This document shows, in pieces, positions 46,457 to 56,718 of a stretch of 64,000 bases of DNA. How positions within the stretch are numbered: position 1 is the first letter of the stretch; each line of letters begins with the position of its first letter. Origin of the DNA: an uncultured Acidimicrobiaceae bacterium (GTDB lineage Bacteria; Actinomycetota; Acidimicrobiia; Acidimicrobiales; RAAP-2). The notes beneath the pieces are model-generated. The model searched no databases, was not told where the DNA came from, and saw nothing but the letters and a program-made list of their open reading frames with translations. The position numbers and the translations under genes are program-made. The stretch covers positions 62,822 to 126,821 of the forward strand of contig CAVUVM010000001.1 in the NCBI GenBank assembly GCA_963744935.1, written 5' to 3'.

Positions 46457-46966
46457 TTATGCGCCACCGCCGCCACCGCCGCCACCGCCGCCACCGCCGG
46501 CACCGCCGCTCGGCGGCGCGTGCTCCTCGAGCGCCTTCACCAACAGCCGTCGCAACTCCGCCCGCTCCGCCTGAGTCAAACCCGCCAGGATCTCGTCCTC
46601 GATACTCCCCTGCGCCGCCTCGGCCTGCTCGAGCGCCTCGAGGCCGGCGTCAGTGATCGTGACGAGGTGTCGCCGCCGATCCGACGGGTCGCGGCGCCGC
46701 TCGGCATATTCCAAATCCTCGAGGTCGTTGAGGACGAGGACCCCGGTGTTGGAGTCCATGGAGAGGTGCTCGGTCATGGCCTGCTGGGAGACGCCGGGGT
46801 GGTCGCGCAGGTAGGCGAGGACGACCATGTTGCGCAGGTTCATTCCGACCAGCTCGAGCGAAGAGCGCAGGTAGACGGCCCGGGCCAGCTGGGTCAGCAG
46901 GACGATGGTGCCGGTGGCGGGACGGGCCGACGAGCGGGCGGCGTTCACGACCCGGACCCCCGGCAA
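46457..46966 (-). CDS. MarR-family transcriptional regulator with a poly-Gly C-terminal tail
   Basis: Winged-HTH region DRRRHLVTITDAG. Divergent from the MFS gene. Tail reads GGAGGGGGGGGGGGGA. Confidence 0.85.
   Translation of the reverse strand: MPGVRVVNAARSSARPATGTIVLLTQLARAVYLRSSLELVGMNLRNMVVLAYLRDHPGVSQQAMTEHLSMDSNTGVLVLNDLEDLEYAERRRDPSDRRRHLVTITDAGLEALEQAEAAQGSIEDEILAGLTQAERAELRRLLVKALEEHAPPSGGAGGGGGGGGGGGGA
46463..46507. repeat. 9-bp tandem repeat (GCCACCGCC x4 plus one variant) encoding the poly-Gly tail
   Basis: Read directly. Confidence 0.85.
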
Positions 46967-47015
46967 CCTGCCTGCACGACCCCATCCATCATCCCCCTAG
47001 GATAGTCCCGAAATC

Positions 47016-48537
47016 ATGACGATCAACGCACCAGGGACGGTCGCCGACCTCACGGGCACCGGGGACGCCGCCGGCGACCGCCGGCGCTGGATCGCCCTGG
47101 TCGTCGTCTGCCTGGCCATGTTCATGAACGCGCTCGACGGCTCGATCGTCAATGTGGCGCTCCCCGACATCCAGAAGAGCCTGCACTTCAGCCAGTCCGG
47201 CCTGACCTGGGTGGTCGACGCCTACCTCATCTCCTTCGGCAGCTTCCTCCTCATGGCAGGGCGCCTGGGCGACCTCATCGGGCGCAAGAAGGTGTTCCTC
47301 GCCGGCGTGGCGCTGTTCACGCTCGCCTCCATCGCCTGCGGGTCGGCCGACAGCCAGGGCCTGCTCGTGGCGGCGCGCTTCGTCCAGGGCATCGGCGGCG
47401 CGCTCGAGCTCGTCGGTGATCGTCGCCATCATCGTCACTGAGTTCCCGAGCCCGCGCGAGCGGGCCAACGCGATGAGCGCGTATGTGTTCGTGGCCGTCG
47501 GCGGCGGCTCGATCGGGCTCCTCGCCGGCGGCGTGCTCACCCAAGCCCTGTCCTGGCACTGGATCTTCTTCGTGAATGTGCCTGTCGGCATCGCCACCCT
47601 CGCCGCGGGTTCCATACTCCTGGTGGACAACGTCGGCCTCGGCATCAAGGAGGGCGTCGACTGGGTGGGCTCCGTCCTCGTGACGGCGTCGGTCATGGTG
47701 GTGATCTACGCCATCGTGACGGCGTCGACCTACGGCTGGGTCTCGGCCCACACGCTCGGCTTCATCGGCCTGGCCCTCGCGCTGGGCGTCGCCTTCGTCG
47801 TGCTCGAGTCGCGCGTCTCCAAGCCGATCATGCCCTTGCGCATCCTCAAGCTGCGCACGCTGACCGGCTCGGGGGTCATCCGGGGCTTCCTCATCATCGG
47901 GATGTTCTCGACGTTCTTCATCGGCGCCCTCTACTTCGAGCACGTGCAGGGCTACAGCCCGCTGAAGACGGGTCTGGCGTTCCTGCCCCAGGCGCTCGCC
48001 ATGGCCGGCATGTCGACGGGCATCACCGCCGGGCTGGTCGGCCGCTTCGGGAACAAGCGCGTGATGTACCCGGGCATGGCGTCCGCCGCCATCGGACTGC
48101 TGCTCTTCGCCTCGGCCGGCCCGCACGCGGCCTACTTCCCCCGCATCTTCTTCGCGTTCTTGCTGATGGGCCTCGGCGCCGGGACCTCGTTCATGCCGCT
48201 CCTGCAGATCGGGATGTCGGAGATCCCCAACGAGGATGCCGGCCTCGGCTCGGGCATCGTGAACGTATCCCAGCAGCTGGCCGGCGCCATCGGCCTGGCC
48301 GCGTTGAGCACGATCGCCGCCAACAAGTCGAAGGCGCTCCTCGCCGCGGGGCACGACATGATCACCGCCCTGGCGGACGGCTACCGGCTGGCGCTCTTGA
48401 TCGCAGCTGCGTGCGTCATCCTCGGACTCGTGCTCTCGCCGGTGCTGCTGCGCACCAACGAGTCTGCCGAGGAGCAGGCCGCGCACATCAAGGAGAACAT
48501 GGCGAACCCCGAGTCCATGGAGCACCTGGTCCTCTAG
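47016..48537 (+). pseudogene. MFS drug-efflux transporter (DHA2/EmrB-like), split by a 1-nt frameshift near 47400-47416
   Basis: TM1-4 with LDGSIVNVALP and GRLGDLIGRKK lie in the frame of ORF 47016. The remainder, from SSSVIVAIIVTEFP, lies in the frame of ORF 47416. Confidence 0.7.
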
Positions 48538-48575
48538 TTTGTCGTCGACGTCATCGCGGCAATCACCCGACGGCG

Positions 48576-51560
48576 ATGCAATCATGGGCCGATGGGGCGG
48601 GCTCGACGGATCGCCGACGAAGGGACCCAGTGAGACGCCTCCTCCTCCCCTTCGTCCTCCTGCTGGCGGTGTCACTGGGAACAACGCTTCTCGTGCCGGA
48701 GTCGGGATCCGCGGCGGCCGCGTCCTCGTCAGGGGAGGCGACCTCGGACACCGCACCGGTGGATCTCGCGACGCCCGTCGACATGGGAGCGGGGATCGCG
48801 CACGCCCGTGCCGTCGTGCACGTTGGTGCCGTTCGCGTCGAGGTCCTGAGCCCGACCCTGTTCCGCCTCGAGTACTCACCGTCGCAGCACTTCGAGAATC
48901 TTCCGACGGTCAACACCATCAACCGGCGGATGGCGGTTCCTCCCTATACGTCATCCACCTCGGGGGGCTTCCTGGTCGTCCGTACTGCCGGTGCCACCCT
49001 GCGCTACAAGCTGGGCTCTGGACCGTTCGGCCCGCTCAACACCACGCTCCAGCTGTCGGTGGGAGGGCAGAGCTCCACGGTCGCACCGACGTGGGAGTGG
49101 GAGTGCATTTTCGGCCAGGTTTGTCAGGCCGGCGCCGCGACGCTCGGCGGGGGGGCCACCCTCAGCCAGACGTTCCCCGACTATGACAGCACGGCCGGCT
49201 ACGCGGGCTTCTTCGTCAAGTCCGGCGCCAGCGTGACGTGGCACGTCCTGGGTGCGGCGGCCGGTCCGGCCGCGGTCTCGCTGCGCTACTACAACGTGGC
49301 GAGCCCTCCGCTGGCACCGACCACGAGCCTCCTCGACCTCGACGTCAACGGGCGGCTGCAGCAGGTCCTCACTGCGGCCCCCACCACGGCGGCCGCGCCC
49401 TGGGCCACCTTCACGACCACCGTGCCGCTGGTGTCGGGGACCAACTCGATCAGCGTGGTGAACACCACCGCCAACAGCTTCGACCTCGGCATCGACACCC
49501 TGGCAGTCGGTCCCGGCGGTTCGCCAGCTCCCTCGCCGGCGTCGAACGGACCGCTCGGCGGCTGGTTCCGCGGGTTCGACACCGACACCTACAACGACAA
49601 CCCAACCTGTGGCCCCGGGCAGTCCGGAGCCACCTGCCAGGCCGTCATCCAGCCGCTCAACACCGACGGGCTGCTCGACACCGCGGGCTGGCGCCTGCTC
49701 GACGACACCCAGGGCGCGGTGTGGACCTCCAAGGGATGGGTCCAAGCCCGCCCGAAGAACGGCGACCTCGAAGACGGGTACCTCTTCGCCTACGGACACG
49801 ACTACGCCGGCGCCCTGCACACCCTCGCCGAGCTGACCGGCCCGGCTCCCCTGCTGCCCAAAGACGTGTTCGGTGTGTGGTACTCCGACTACACGCCCTA
49901 TTCCAACAACGACGTCGAGGCGCTCTCTCGCGCCTTCGTCAGCAACAAGGTGCCGCTCAACACGCTCTCGCTCGACACCGACTGGAAGGCGCCGAACGAC
50001 TGGAACGGCTGGGAGTGGAACCGCTCTCTGTTCCCCAATCCGTCGTCGTTCCTCAAGTGGGCGCACTCGCACGGGATCGACGTGACGCTGAACGTCCACT
50101 CGAGCATCGAGGACAACGACCCGAAGCTGCCAGAGACCGAGCGCATCGCGGGCCACGATCTCGCCTCGTCGAGCTGCACCAATGGAAGCTGCAAGGTGTG
50201 GGACTGGAGCTCGATGTCCCAGGCGGAGTCCAACTTCGCGCTCCAGCAGAGCTTTCAGAAGCAGGGAGTCGCCTTCTGGTGGCTCGACTGGTGCTGCGAC
50301 AATTCGGTCGTGTCGTCGGCGGGTGTCACGCCCGACGCGTGGATCGGGCATCTCTACGCGCAGGACATGATCAACCTGGGCGAGCGCGGGTTCGTCCTGG
50401 CCCGTATCGGTGGCTCCAACGGCGAGCCCCAGGAGGTGTACCCGGCGGGGCCATGGTCGGACCACACCTCGGCCATCGCCTTCACCGGTGACGCATGGGG
50501 AACGTGGAACACCCTGGCCATGGAAGCGCAGTTGGTCCCCGACGAGGCGACCATCGGCGAGCCCTACGTCAGCAGCGACATCGGGAGCTATCTCGGTCCC
50601 CCTCCGACGCAGTCGGGCGCCGATCCGCCCGACCTCTACGACCGCTGGGTGCAGCTCGGCACCTTCGAGCCGATCCTCCGGCTCCACTCCAACAACGAAG
50701 ACCGCCTGCCCTGGCAGTACCCCCAACCCGTGCAGGGCATCACCGAGTCGTTCCTCCGGCTCCGCGAGACGCTGATTCCGTACACCTACACCTTGGCCGC
50801 CGACGCCAACCAAACCGGACTGCCGATGGCCCGGCCGCTCTACCTCGACTATCCCGACCAGCAGGCCGCCTACCAGAACCCCACCGAGTACCTCTACGGC
50901 ACCGACATGCTCGTGGCCCCGGTGACCACGCCGGGCAACGACGCCGCGACCACGGTGTGGTTTCCCCCGGGACGCTGGGTCGACTTCTTCACCGGCGCCA
51001 CGTTCACGGGTCCGTCGACGGTCACCATGTCGGTGCCGCTCGACCGGATGCCGGTCTTCGTCCGCCAAGGTGGCATCGTGCCCGAGCAGCCGTCGACCGG
51101 AGCAGCCGCGCACTCGAATGCCCTCACCGCGCTCGTCTATCCGGGAGCAGCGGGATCCTTCGAGCTCTACGGCGATGCGGGAACGGGCCTGGGCTACACC
51201 AAGGGTCAGCGCACCGAGACCCTCATCACGACGTCGTCTGGCGCGTCGGGAGCCGGACAACCGTCCGTGTCGGTCACGATCGACGCGGCGCACGGCAGCT
51301 ATCCGGGCGAGCCCACTTCGGTGCCCACCACCATCGACATGGTCGACGTCAGCCGACCGCAGCAGGTCACTCTCGACGGTCGGGCTCTCAGCGCCCAGCG
51401 CGCTGGGTCCGGTCCTGGTTGGACCTTCGAGGCGTCCACGGCGACCCTGACCGTGCACATCGGGCCGCGGCCGGTCGGGGCCGCTGCGCACATCGTCGCG
51501 GTCGGCGCCGCGTCGGTCTCTCGGGCGGAACCGAGTGTGAGCCTGTCAGGTTCGTCGTAG
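48576..51560 (+). CDS. Secreted GH31 glycoside hydrolase with an inserted CBM6/35-like module
   Basis: Signal peptide, then a CBM-like stretch (SLRYYNV...LDVNG...GTNSISV). GH31 core: WLDWCCDN, FTGD, and the RLHSNN region. Confidence 0.8.
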   Translation: MQSWADGAGSTDRRRRDPVRRLLLPFVLLLAVSLGTTLLVPESGSAAAASSSGEATSDTAPVDLATPVDMGAGIAHARAVVHVGAVRVEVLSPTLFRLEYSPSQHFENLPTVNTINRRMAVPPYTSSTSGGFLVVRTAGATLRYKLGSGPFGPLNTTLQLSVGGQSSTVAPTWEWECIFGQVCQAGAATLGGGATLSQTFPDYDSTAGYAGFFVKSGASVTWHVLGAAAGPAAVSLRYYNVASPPLAPTTSLLDLDVNGRLQQVLTAAPTTAAAPWATFTTTVPLVSGTNSISVVNTTANSFDLGIDTLAVGPGGSPAPSPASNGPLGGWFRGFDTDTYNDNPTCGPGQSGATCQAVIQPLNTDGLLDTAGWRLLDDTQGAVWTSKGWVQARPKNGDLEDGYLFAYGHDYAGALHTLAELTGPAPLLPKDVFGVWYSDYTPYSNNDVEALSRAFVSNKVPLNTLSLDTDWKAPNDWNGWEWNRSLFPNPSSFLKWAHSHGIDVTLNVHSSIEDNDPKLPETERIAGHDLASSSCTNGSCKVWDWSSMSQAESNFALQQSFQKQGVAFWWLDWCCDNSVVSSAGVTPDAWIGHLYAQDMINLGERGFVLARIGGSNGEPQEVYPAGPWSDHTSAIAFTGDAWGTWNTLAMEAQLVPDEATIGEPYVSSDIGSYLGPPPTQSGADPPDLYDRWVQLGTFEPILRLHSNNEDRLPWQYPQPVQGITESFLRLRETLIPYTYTLAADANQTGLPMARPLYLDYPDQQAAYQNPTEYLYGTDMLVAPVTTPGNDAATTVWFPPGRWVDFFTGATFTGPSTVTMSVPLDRMPVFVRQGGIVPEQPSTGAAAHSNALTALVYPGAAGSFELYGDAGTGLGYTKGQRTETLITTSSGASGAGQPSVSVTIDAAHGSYPGEPTSVPTTIDMVDVSRPQQVTLDGRALSAQRAGSGPGWTFEASTATLTVHIGPRPVGAAAHIVAVGAASVSRAEPSVSLSGSS

Positions 51561-51609
51561 GACCACAGCTCGACCAAGTCCTCTGGTCAGACGGGTCGCC
51601 GGCCGCTGC

Positions 51610-53562
51610 TCACACGCCGCCGAACTCGTAGTGCGCCCGGTCGATGTGGCGGGTCCACCCCCAGTACTGGTCGAGCGGCCACGGCGAGAGCGTGAAGACC
51701 TTGCCGTCGCGGTTCTTGTAGTGGCTGTGCTCGATGGCGGGATGCGCCCACACCAGCTGGCTGATCTCGGCCTGGTAGCGCTCGGCGTAGTCGTCGTGCG
51801 CGTCGGCCCGCACCTCGGCCCACAGCGCGTCGAACGCCAGCGTCTCGTGAATGGCGTCGAGGGCATAGTGCACCTGGAATTCGGCGTGGTAGAAGAGGCT
51901 GGCGCCGAAGGCCAAGTTGGTCCCCGGGCCGTAGATGCAGAAGAGGTTGGGGAAGTTCGGCATCGTGATGCCGAGGTACGCCGTCGGCTCGTCCCCCCAC
52001 TGGTCGCGCAACGAGATGCCGTGCCTCCCTCGCACGTCCATGGACGCCAGGAACTCGTTGTGCCGGAAGCCGGTGGCGTAGCAGATGACGTCGGCGGGGT
52101 AGTGCGTTCCGTCGGTCGTGACGATCCCGTCGGGGACCACCCGCTCGATGCTCGTGCGCACCAGCTCGACGTTGGGCTTCTGCAGCGTGCGCAGCCAGGT
52201 GCCGTCGTCTTGGAGGATGCGCTTGCCCGTGGCGGGGTAGTCGGGGACGACCTTCTCGAGCAGCTCGGGGTCGTCGCCGACGAGTGATTTCATGGAGGCC
52301 ACCAGCGCCGCCGCCCGTTTGGCGTTGACGGCGTTGATCGACTGGTGGGTCGGATCGTCGTGCTCGGGGTCGATGCGGTACATCTCCACGCCGGCCGCGA
52401 TGCCGGCGTACGTCATGACGAAGCGGTACCAGCGCCCGTAGAAGGGCAGGTGCTTCAGCGCCCAGGCGTCGCCGGGCGGCACGGGCGTGTGGTACAGCCG
52501 GTTGGGGAGGATCCACTGCGCGGTGCGCTGGAAGATCGTGAGCTGTTCGACCTCGTCGGCAATGGCGGGGCCGATCTGGAACCCGCTGGCGCCGGCGCCG
52601 ACGAGCGCGAACCTTGTCCCGCGGATGTCGAGGTCCTCGGGCCAGCGTGCCGAGTGGAACGACGGCCCGGCGAAACTTTCCATGCCCGGGAACTCAGGCA
52701 GCCGGGGCAGGTTGAGCGAGCCGACGGCGCTGATGACGAAGCGGGCCTCGAGCACCTCGTCGGCGCCACTGGCGTCGCGCACGGTGACGCGCCACATGGC
52801 CCGGTCCTCCTGCCACACCACTTCGGTGACCGCTGTCTCGAAACGGCAGTGCGGCCGGAGGTCGAACTTGTCGACGATCGCACCGAAGTAGGCGCGCAGC
52901 TCGGGCTGCTGGCAGTAGTACTCGCTCCACAGCTCGGCCGGCTCGAAGGAGAAGCAGTACTGGTGGCTCCCGACGTCGACGCGTGCGCCGGGGTAGTGGT
53001 TCTCCCACCAGGTCCCGCCCGGACCCGCGTTCTTGTCGATGATCGTGAAAGGCAGCCCGGCCTGCTTGAGGCGGATGCCGGCCAAGATCCCACCCATCCC
53101 GCAACCGATCACGACGACCGGTGATTCGGTCTTCTGGGATTCCGAGATCTCGTCACCCCACGAGATCTCCCCGTTGTCACCGCCCTCGAACTGCAGGTCG
53201 TCGAAGAAGAGCCCGGCCAGCTCGCCTTCGACCTGACGACGGCCCAGGAAGCCCATCATCTCGAGCAACAGGTCGCGGGACAGCTCGACCGGGACGCAGC
53301 CGCTGTCGTGGTAGGCGGCGATCACCGGGAGGGCACGGCGGCGGACTTCCGCCATGTCCTCTTCGGACATTCCACCCTGGATGTCCAACGACATGCCCAC
53401 GTTCGGCTGGATCTCGCCCCGCACCCACGAGGGGTCGCCGGTCATGTGCACGAGCGAGGCCATGAGCGCCGGGATGCTGACGTCTTGGAGCGCGCGGGCG
53501 ATGGCCTCGTCGCCGTCCTCGAACGGCTCTCCGGCGAAACGGTTCCTCGTCACGACCGACAT
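51610..53562 (-). CDS. Flavin-dependent (Baeyer-Villiger type) monooxygenase
   Basis: ATG at 53562. FAD motif GCGMGG, fingerprint GGTWWENHYPGARVD, and the second Rossmann motif GAGASG. Confidence 0.85.
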   Translation of the reverse strand: MSVVTRNRFAGEPFEDGDEAIARALQDVSIPALMASLVHMTGDPSWVRGEIQPNVGMSLDIQGGMSEEDMAEVRRRALPVIAAYHDSGCVPVELSRDLLLEMMGFLGRRQVEGELAGLFFDDLQFEGGDNGEISWGDEISESQKTESPVVVIGCGMGGILAGIRLKQAGLPFTIIDKNAGPGGTWWENHYPGARVDVGSHQYCFSFEPAELWSEYYCQQPELRAYFGAIVDKFDLRPHCRFETAVTEVVWQEDRAMWRVTVRDASGADEVLEARFVISAVGSLNLPRLPEFPGMESFAGPSFHSARWPEDLDIRGTRFALVGAGASGFQIGPAIADEVEQLTIFQRTAQWILPNRLYHTPVPPGDAWALKHLPFYGRWYRFVMTYAGIAAGVEMYRIDPEHDDPTHQSINAVNAKRAAALVASMKSLVGDDPELLEKVVPDYPATGKRILQDDGTWLRTLQKPNVELVRTSIERVVPDGIVTTDGTHYPADVICYATGFRHNEFLASMDVRGRHGISLRDQWGDEPTAYLGITMPNFPNLFCIYGPGTNLAFGASLFYHAEFQVHYALDAIHETLAFDALWAEVRADAHDDYAERYQAEISQLVWAHPAIEHSHYKNRDGKVFTLSPWPLDQYWGWTRHIDRAHYEFGGV

Positions 53563-53736
53563 CCTCGTCGTCGGCGCCCCCACCAGGCAATCGAGGTGGT
53601 GGGTGCGCCGAACGGGCGGCATCCGCCCGGGGCCGCCTCGCCGCGCGCGTGGCTGCGTCACCAGTGCCGTAGGTCCCTGGTTGTTGAGGGCCAACGTCCC
53701 TAGAGCTCGTGGCCGGGCCGGCCGGATACTGGCTAC

Positions 53737-54624
53737 GTGTTGTTGAGTCGTCCAAAGACGCTGGTGGACGAGGCCGATTCGAATGAGGCGCGCCCGCGCC
53801 GAGGTCCCCCGGCACCGCCCAGGGCTCCGCATCGTCACCGCCGCTGGCCGTGGGTGCTCGGGGCCTTCGGAGCGGTCCTGGCGGCGTTCGCCATCTACGT
53901 CGTCGTGACCTGGGACCCAGCGCGTCCCGTCTCGATGGGCCAGGCGGAGCAGCGGCTCGGGATCGAAGGGCAGGGAGTGGCGGGGGGGCGACCGGCACGC
54001 GGCGTCTATCTCTATACGGGCACGGGGACCGACAAGTTGTCCCTGCCACCGCTGTCGCAGGCCGAGGGCCCCACCATGCCGGGCACCGTCACCCTCCAGG
54101 CTCATGGCTGCTGGACCTTCCGCGTGGATTACAGCTCACACCACTGGGAGACCTGGAACTTCTGCCGGCAGGGAAACGACACGACGGAACGCGGTGGGCT
54201 GATCTGGCAGCTCTGGGCGATCGGCCCGTTGCACGAGACGAACCTCACGACTCTGACGTGCACAGCGGACACCATGTGGCTCCCAGCCAGCGCGACACCT
54301 GGCCAGAACTGGCACAGCGCCTGCCGGGGTACCAGTTCCGCGCTCAAAGGTGTCGTGCACAGCATCGGCCCGTACCGCTTCGTGCGCACGACAACCCTCG
54401 ACGTAGCCGGACACCCGGTACGCGCAGCCGAGTTCCGCCAACTCCGCACCGAGTCGGGAGCCCAACGGGGGACCGAGCACGACGTGATGTGGATCGACGC
54501 TTCCAATGGCCTGCCGCTACGGATCGACCAGGACATCGCGGTCGTCAGCGCCACACCGTTCGGCTCGTCGACCTACACGCAGAGGGGCACGTTCACGCTG
54601 CGGTCACTGGTCGTCCACAGCTGA
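53737..54624 (+). CDS. Hypothetical membrane-anchored protein
   Basis: GTG start, one TM helix (WVLGAFGAVLAAFAIYVVV), and a Cys/Trp-containing ectodomain. Confidence 0.5.
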   Translation: MLLSRPKTLVDEADSNEARPRRGPPAPPRAPHRHRRWPWVLGAFGAVLAAFAIYVVVTWDPARPVSMGQAEQRLGIEGQGVAGGRPARGVYLYTGTGTDKLSLPPLSQAEGPTMPGTVTLQAHGCWTFRVDYSSHHWETWNFCRQGNDTTERGGLIWQLWAIGPLHETNLTTLTCTADTMWLPASATPGQNWHSACRGTSSALKGVVHSIGPYRFVRTTTLDVAGHPVRAAEFRQLRTESGAQRGTEHDVMWIDASNGLPLRIDQDIAVVSATPFGSSTYTQRGTFTLRSLVVHS

Positions 54625-54904
54625 CGCACGTCGGCCTGGGAGGGCGAAGGCGTTCCGAATGGCAAGACTTGAGGCCATAGCCGGTATACGGGACGTTCCA
54701 TCATCGACCTTCTGAGTGCGCAGTCAGACGCTCGAGCCCGTTGAGCTACGAACGCCGGAGTGAGGCGGTCCATCCCACTGGCGCGCATGAAGTACCGGCA
54801 CCACGAGCTTCCAGACCGGTGTAGGCTTGCACTAAACAGTTGCCCTAGACCTCGGTGACCCAAGCAAGAGTCGGGTGTTACTCGCTCGGCCAAGAAAGGG
54901 AGCC

Positions 54905-55879
54905 GTGTTGGGCACCGTCCTGGACACTCCCGCTGACCCGGTCTCGAAGCCGACGCCGTTCCTGTCAGTTGGCCGCATCGTCACTGCGCTGCTCGTCGCC
55001 GGTCCACTTCTTGGGTTTGCGTGTCTCCTGCCGTTCATCTCGGGCCACCTTCCGAACGTCAGCGACGTTGCGATCGCGGTGGTGCTGTACGTCTTCACCG
55101 GGTTTGGGATCTCGGTCGGCTTTCACCGGTTGCTGACGCACCGGAGCTTCAAGGCCAAGAGAGGCCTCAAGATCGTGTGCGCAGTGGCCGGCTCGATGGC
55201 CCTCGAGGGGTCGGCGATCAGCTGGGTGGCCATCCATCGCCGGCATCACATGTTCTCGGACCAGCCAGAAGACCCTCACTCTCCGCACCGCTACGGACCC
55301 GGACCTGTCGGGACACTGAAGGGGTTCTTGTGGGCACATGTCGGCTGGCTGTTCGCCATGGACCCCACAGACACCAGGCGGTTCGCTCCGGACCTCCATC
55401 GGGACCGGGATTTCGTCGTGATCGATCGGCTGTTTCCGCTGTTGGCCGTTGCTTCCCTGGCTCTGCCCTTCTTCATCGGGTGGGGCCTGTCGGGAACCCT
55501 GTTCGGTGCGCTCAGCGCGCTCCTCTGGGCAGGTCTCGTGAGGATGGCGATCCTCCATCACGTCACATGGAGCATCAACTCGGTCTGCCACTTGTGGGGA
55601 AGACGGCCGTTCGCAACCCACGACCAGAGCACGAATGTCGCAGTCCTCTCCCTCTTCTCCTTTGGGGAGAGCTGGCACAACTTCCACCACGCCGCGCCAT
55701 CCTCAGCCCGCCATGGCGTGTTGCCCCACCAGCACGACCTCTCGGCTCGATTGATCTCGTTCTTTGAGCGACTGGGATGGGTGACGAAAGTGCGCTGGCC
55801 GAATCCGGCTCAGATCGTCGCCCTCCTACAACCAGGACCCGTCGAAGAGGCGATGGCGCGCCGTCCGGTCGGGGTCTAA
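54905..55879 (+). CDS. Membrane acyl-CoA (stearoyl-CoA delta-9-like) desaturase
   Basis: GTG after AAGGGAG. Three His boxes: HRLLTH, HRRHH and HNFHH. Confidence 0.85.
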   Translation: MLGTVLDTPADPVSKPTPFLSVGRIVTALLVAGPLLGFACLLPFISGHLPNVSDVAIAVVLYVFTGFGISVGFHRLLTHRSFKAKRGLKIVCAVAGSMALEGSAISWVAIHRRHHMFSDQPEDPHSPHRYGPGPVGTLKGFLWAHVGWLFAMDPTDTRRFAPDLHRDRDFVVIDRLFPLLAVASLALPFFIGWGLSGTLFGALSALLWAGLVRMAILHHVTWSINSVCHLWGRRPFATHDQSTNVAVLSLFSFGESWHNFHHAAPSSARHGVLPHQHDLSARLISFFERLGWVTKVRWPNPAQIVALLQPGPVEEAMARRPVGV

Positions 55880-55915
55880 GGAGCCCGACACGGGGGCAAC
55901 CTGGAGCGGGACAAA

Positions 55916-56617
55916 GTGCTGAGCGTGGATGTGGCAGAACGGTTCTTGGCCGGAATCACCGACAGATCGGCTGACCGGGCTCCGAGCTTGGACCTCATCT
56001 GCCGGGTCTGTTGCGACGTACTCCCGATCACGATGGCATCGATGGTGCTGACGGGTGACCAGGGGGTCGAGGGGATCACCGGGGCGTCCGACGCACTGGC
56101 AGCCGCCATCCAGAACGAGGAGTTCACTCTGGGTGAGGGCCCGGCGACCGACGTCCGCCGGCAGGGACGGCCGATCCTGGTCTCGGACCTGAGAGCTGTC
56201 ACGAGCGACTGGCTGCGGTTCGTTCCGGCCATCACGCGGCTCGGCATCCGGGCCATGTACGCGATTCCTCTTCGGATCGGAGCGGTCGAGCTTGGCGTCC
56301 TGGTCCTCGGCGGCGCCGACCCCGGGGCCTTGGCCGGCCAGGAGCTCGCCGATTCGTTGGTTCTCGGAGATCTCATCAGTCGGCTGGTCCTCGATCTGCA
56401 GGCCGGGGTCACCTCGGAGTCGTTGGCGTGGGCACTTGACGCCACCGACTCCCGGGCGGTCGTGCACCAGGCCACTGGGATGATCGCGGCCCAGCTCAAC
56501 GTGGGGGTCGCCGAGGCGCTGGTCAGACTCCGAGCGAACGCCTTCGCAACAGATCACCCGATCGATCAGCTGGCCACCGAGGTCGTGGCTGGTCGGCGGC
56601 GTTTCGAGGAGCGGTAG
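55916..56617 (+). CDS. GAF + ANTAR domain RNA-binding regulator
   Basis: C-terminal ANTAR-like helix region VVHQATGMIAAQLNVGVAEALVRLRANAF. Confidence 0.7.
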   Translation: MLSVDVAERFLAGITDRSADRAPSLDLICRVCCDVLPITMASMVLTGDQGVEGITGASDALAAAIQNEEFTLGEGPATDVRRQGRPILVSDLRAVTSDWLRFVPAITRLGIRAMYAIPLRIGAVELGVLVLGGADPGALAGQELADSLVLGDLISRLVLDLQAGVTSESLAWALDATDSRAVVHQATGMIAAQLNVGVAEALVRLRANAFATDHPIDQLATEVVAGRRRFEER

Positions 56618-56718
56618 GCCGACCTGTCCGGGCCGCTCACCCACGGAGGGGCATGCGAGATAATTATTGCGTTCACAGAACCCCCGGACCCTGCCCCGAC
56701 GAGCCAGGAGCGTGACGT

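Noticed and set aside
53563-54105. N-terminal extension of the monooxygenase ORF to 54105 (831 aa).
   Set aside because: The extension is Arg/Pro-rich with no motifs and overlaps the divergent 53737 gene. ATG 53562 gives a protein of typical size.
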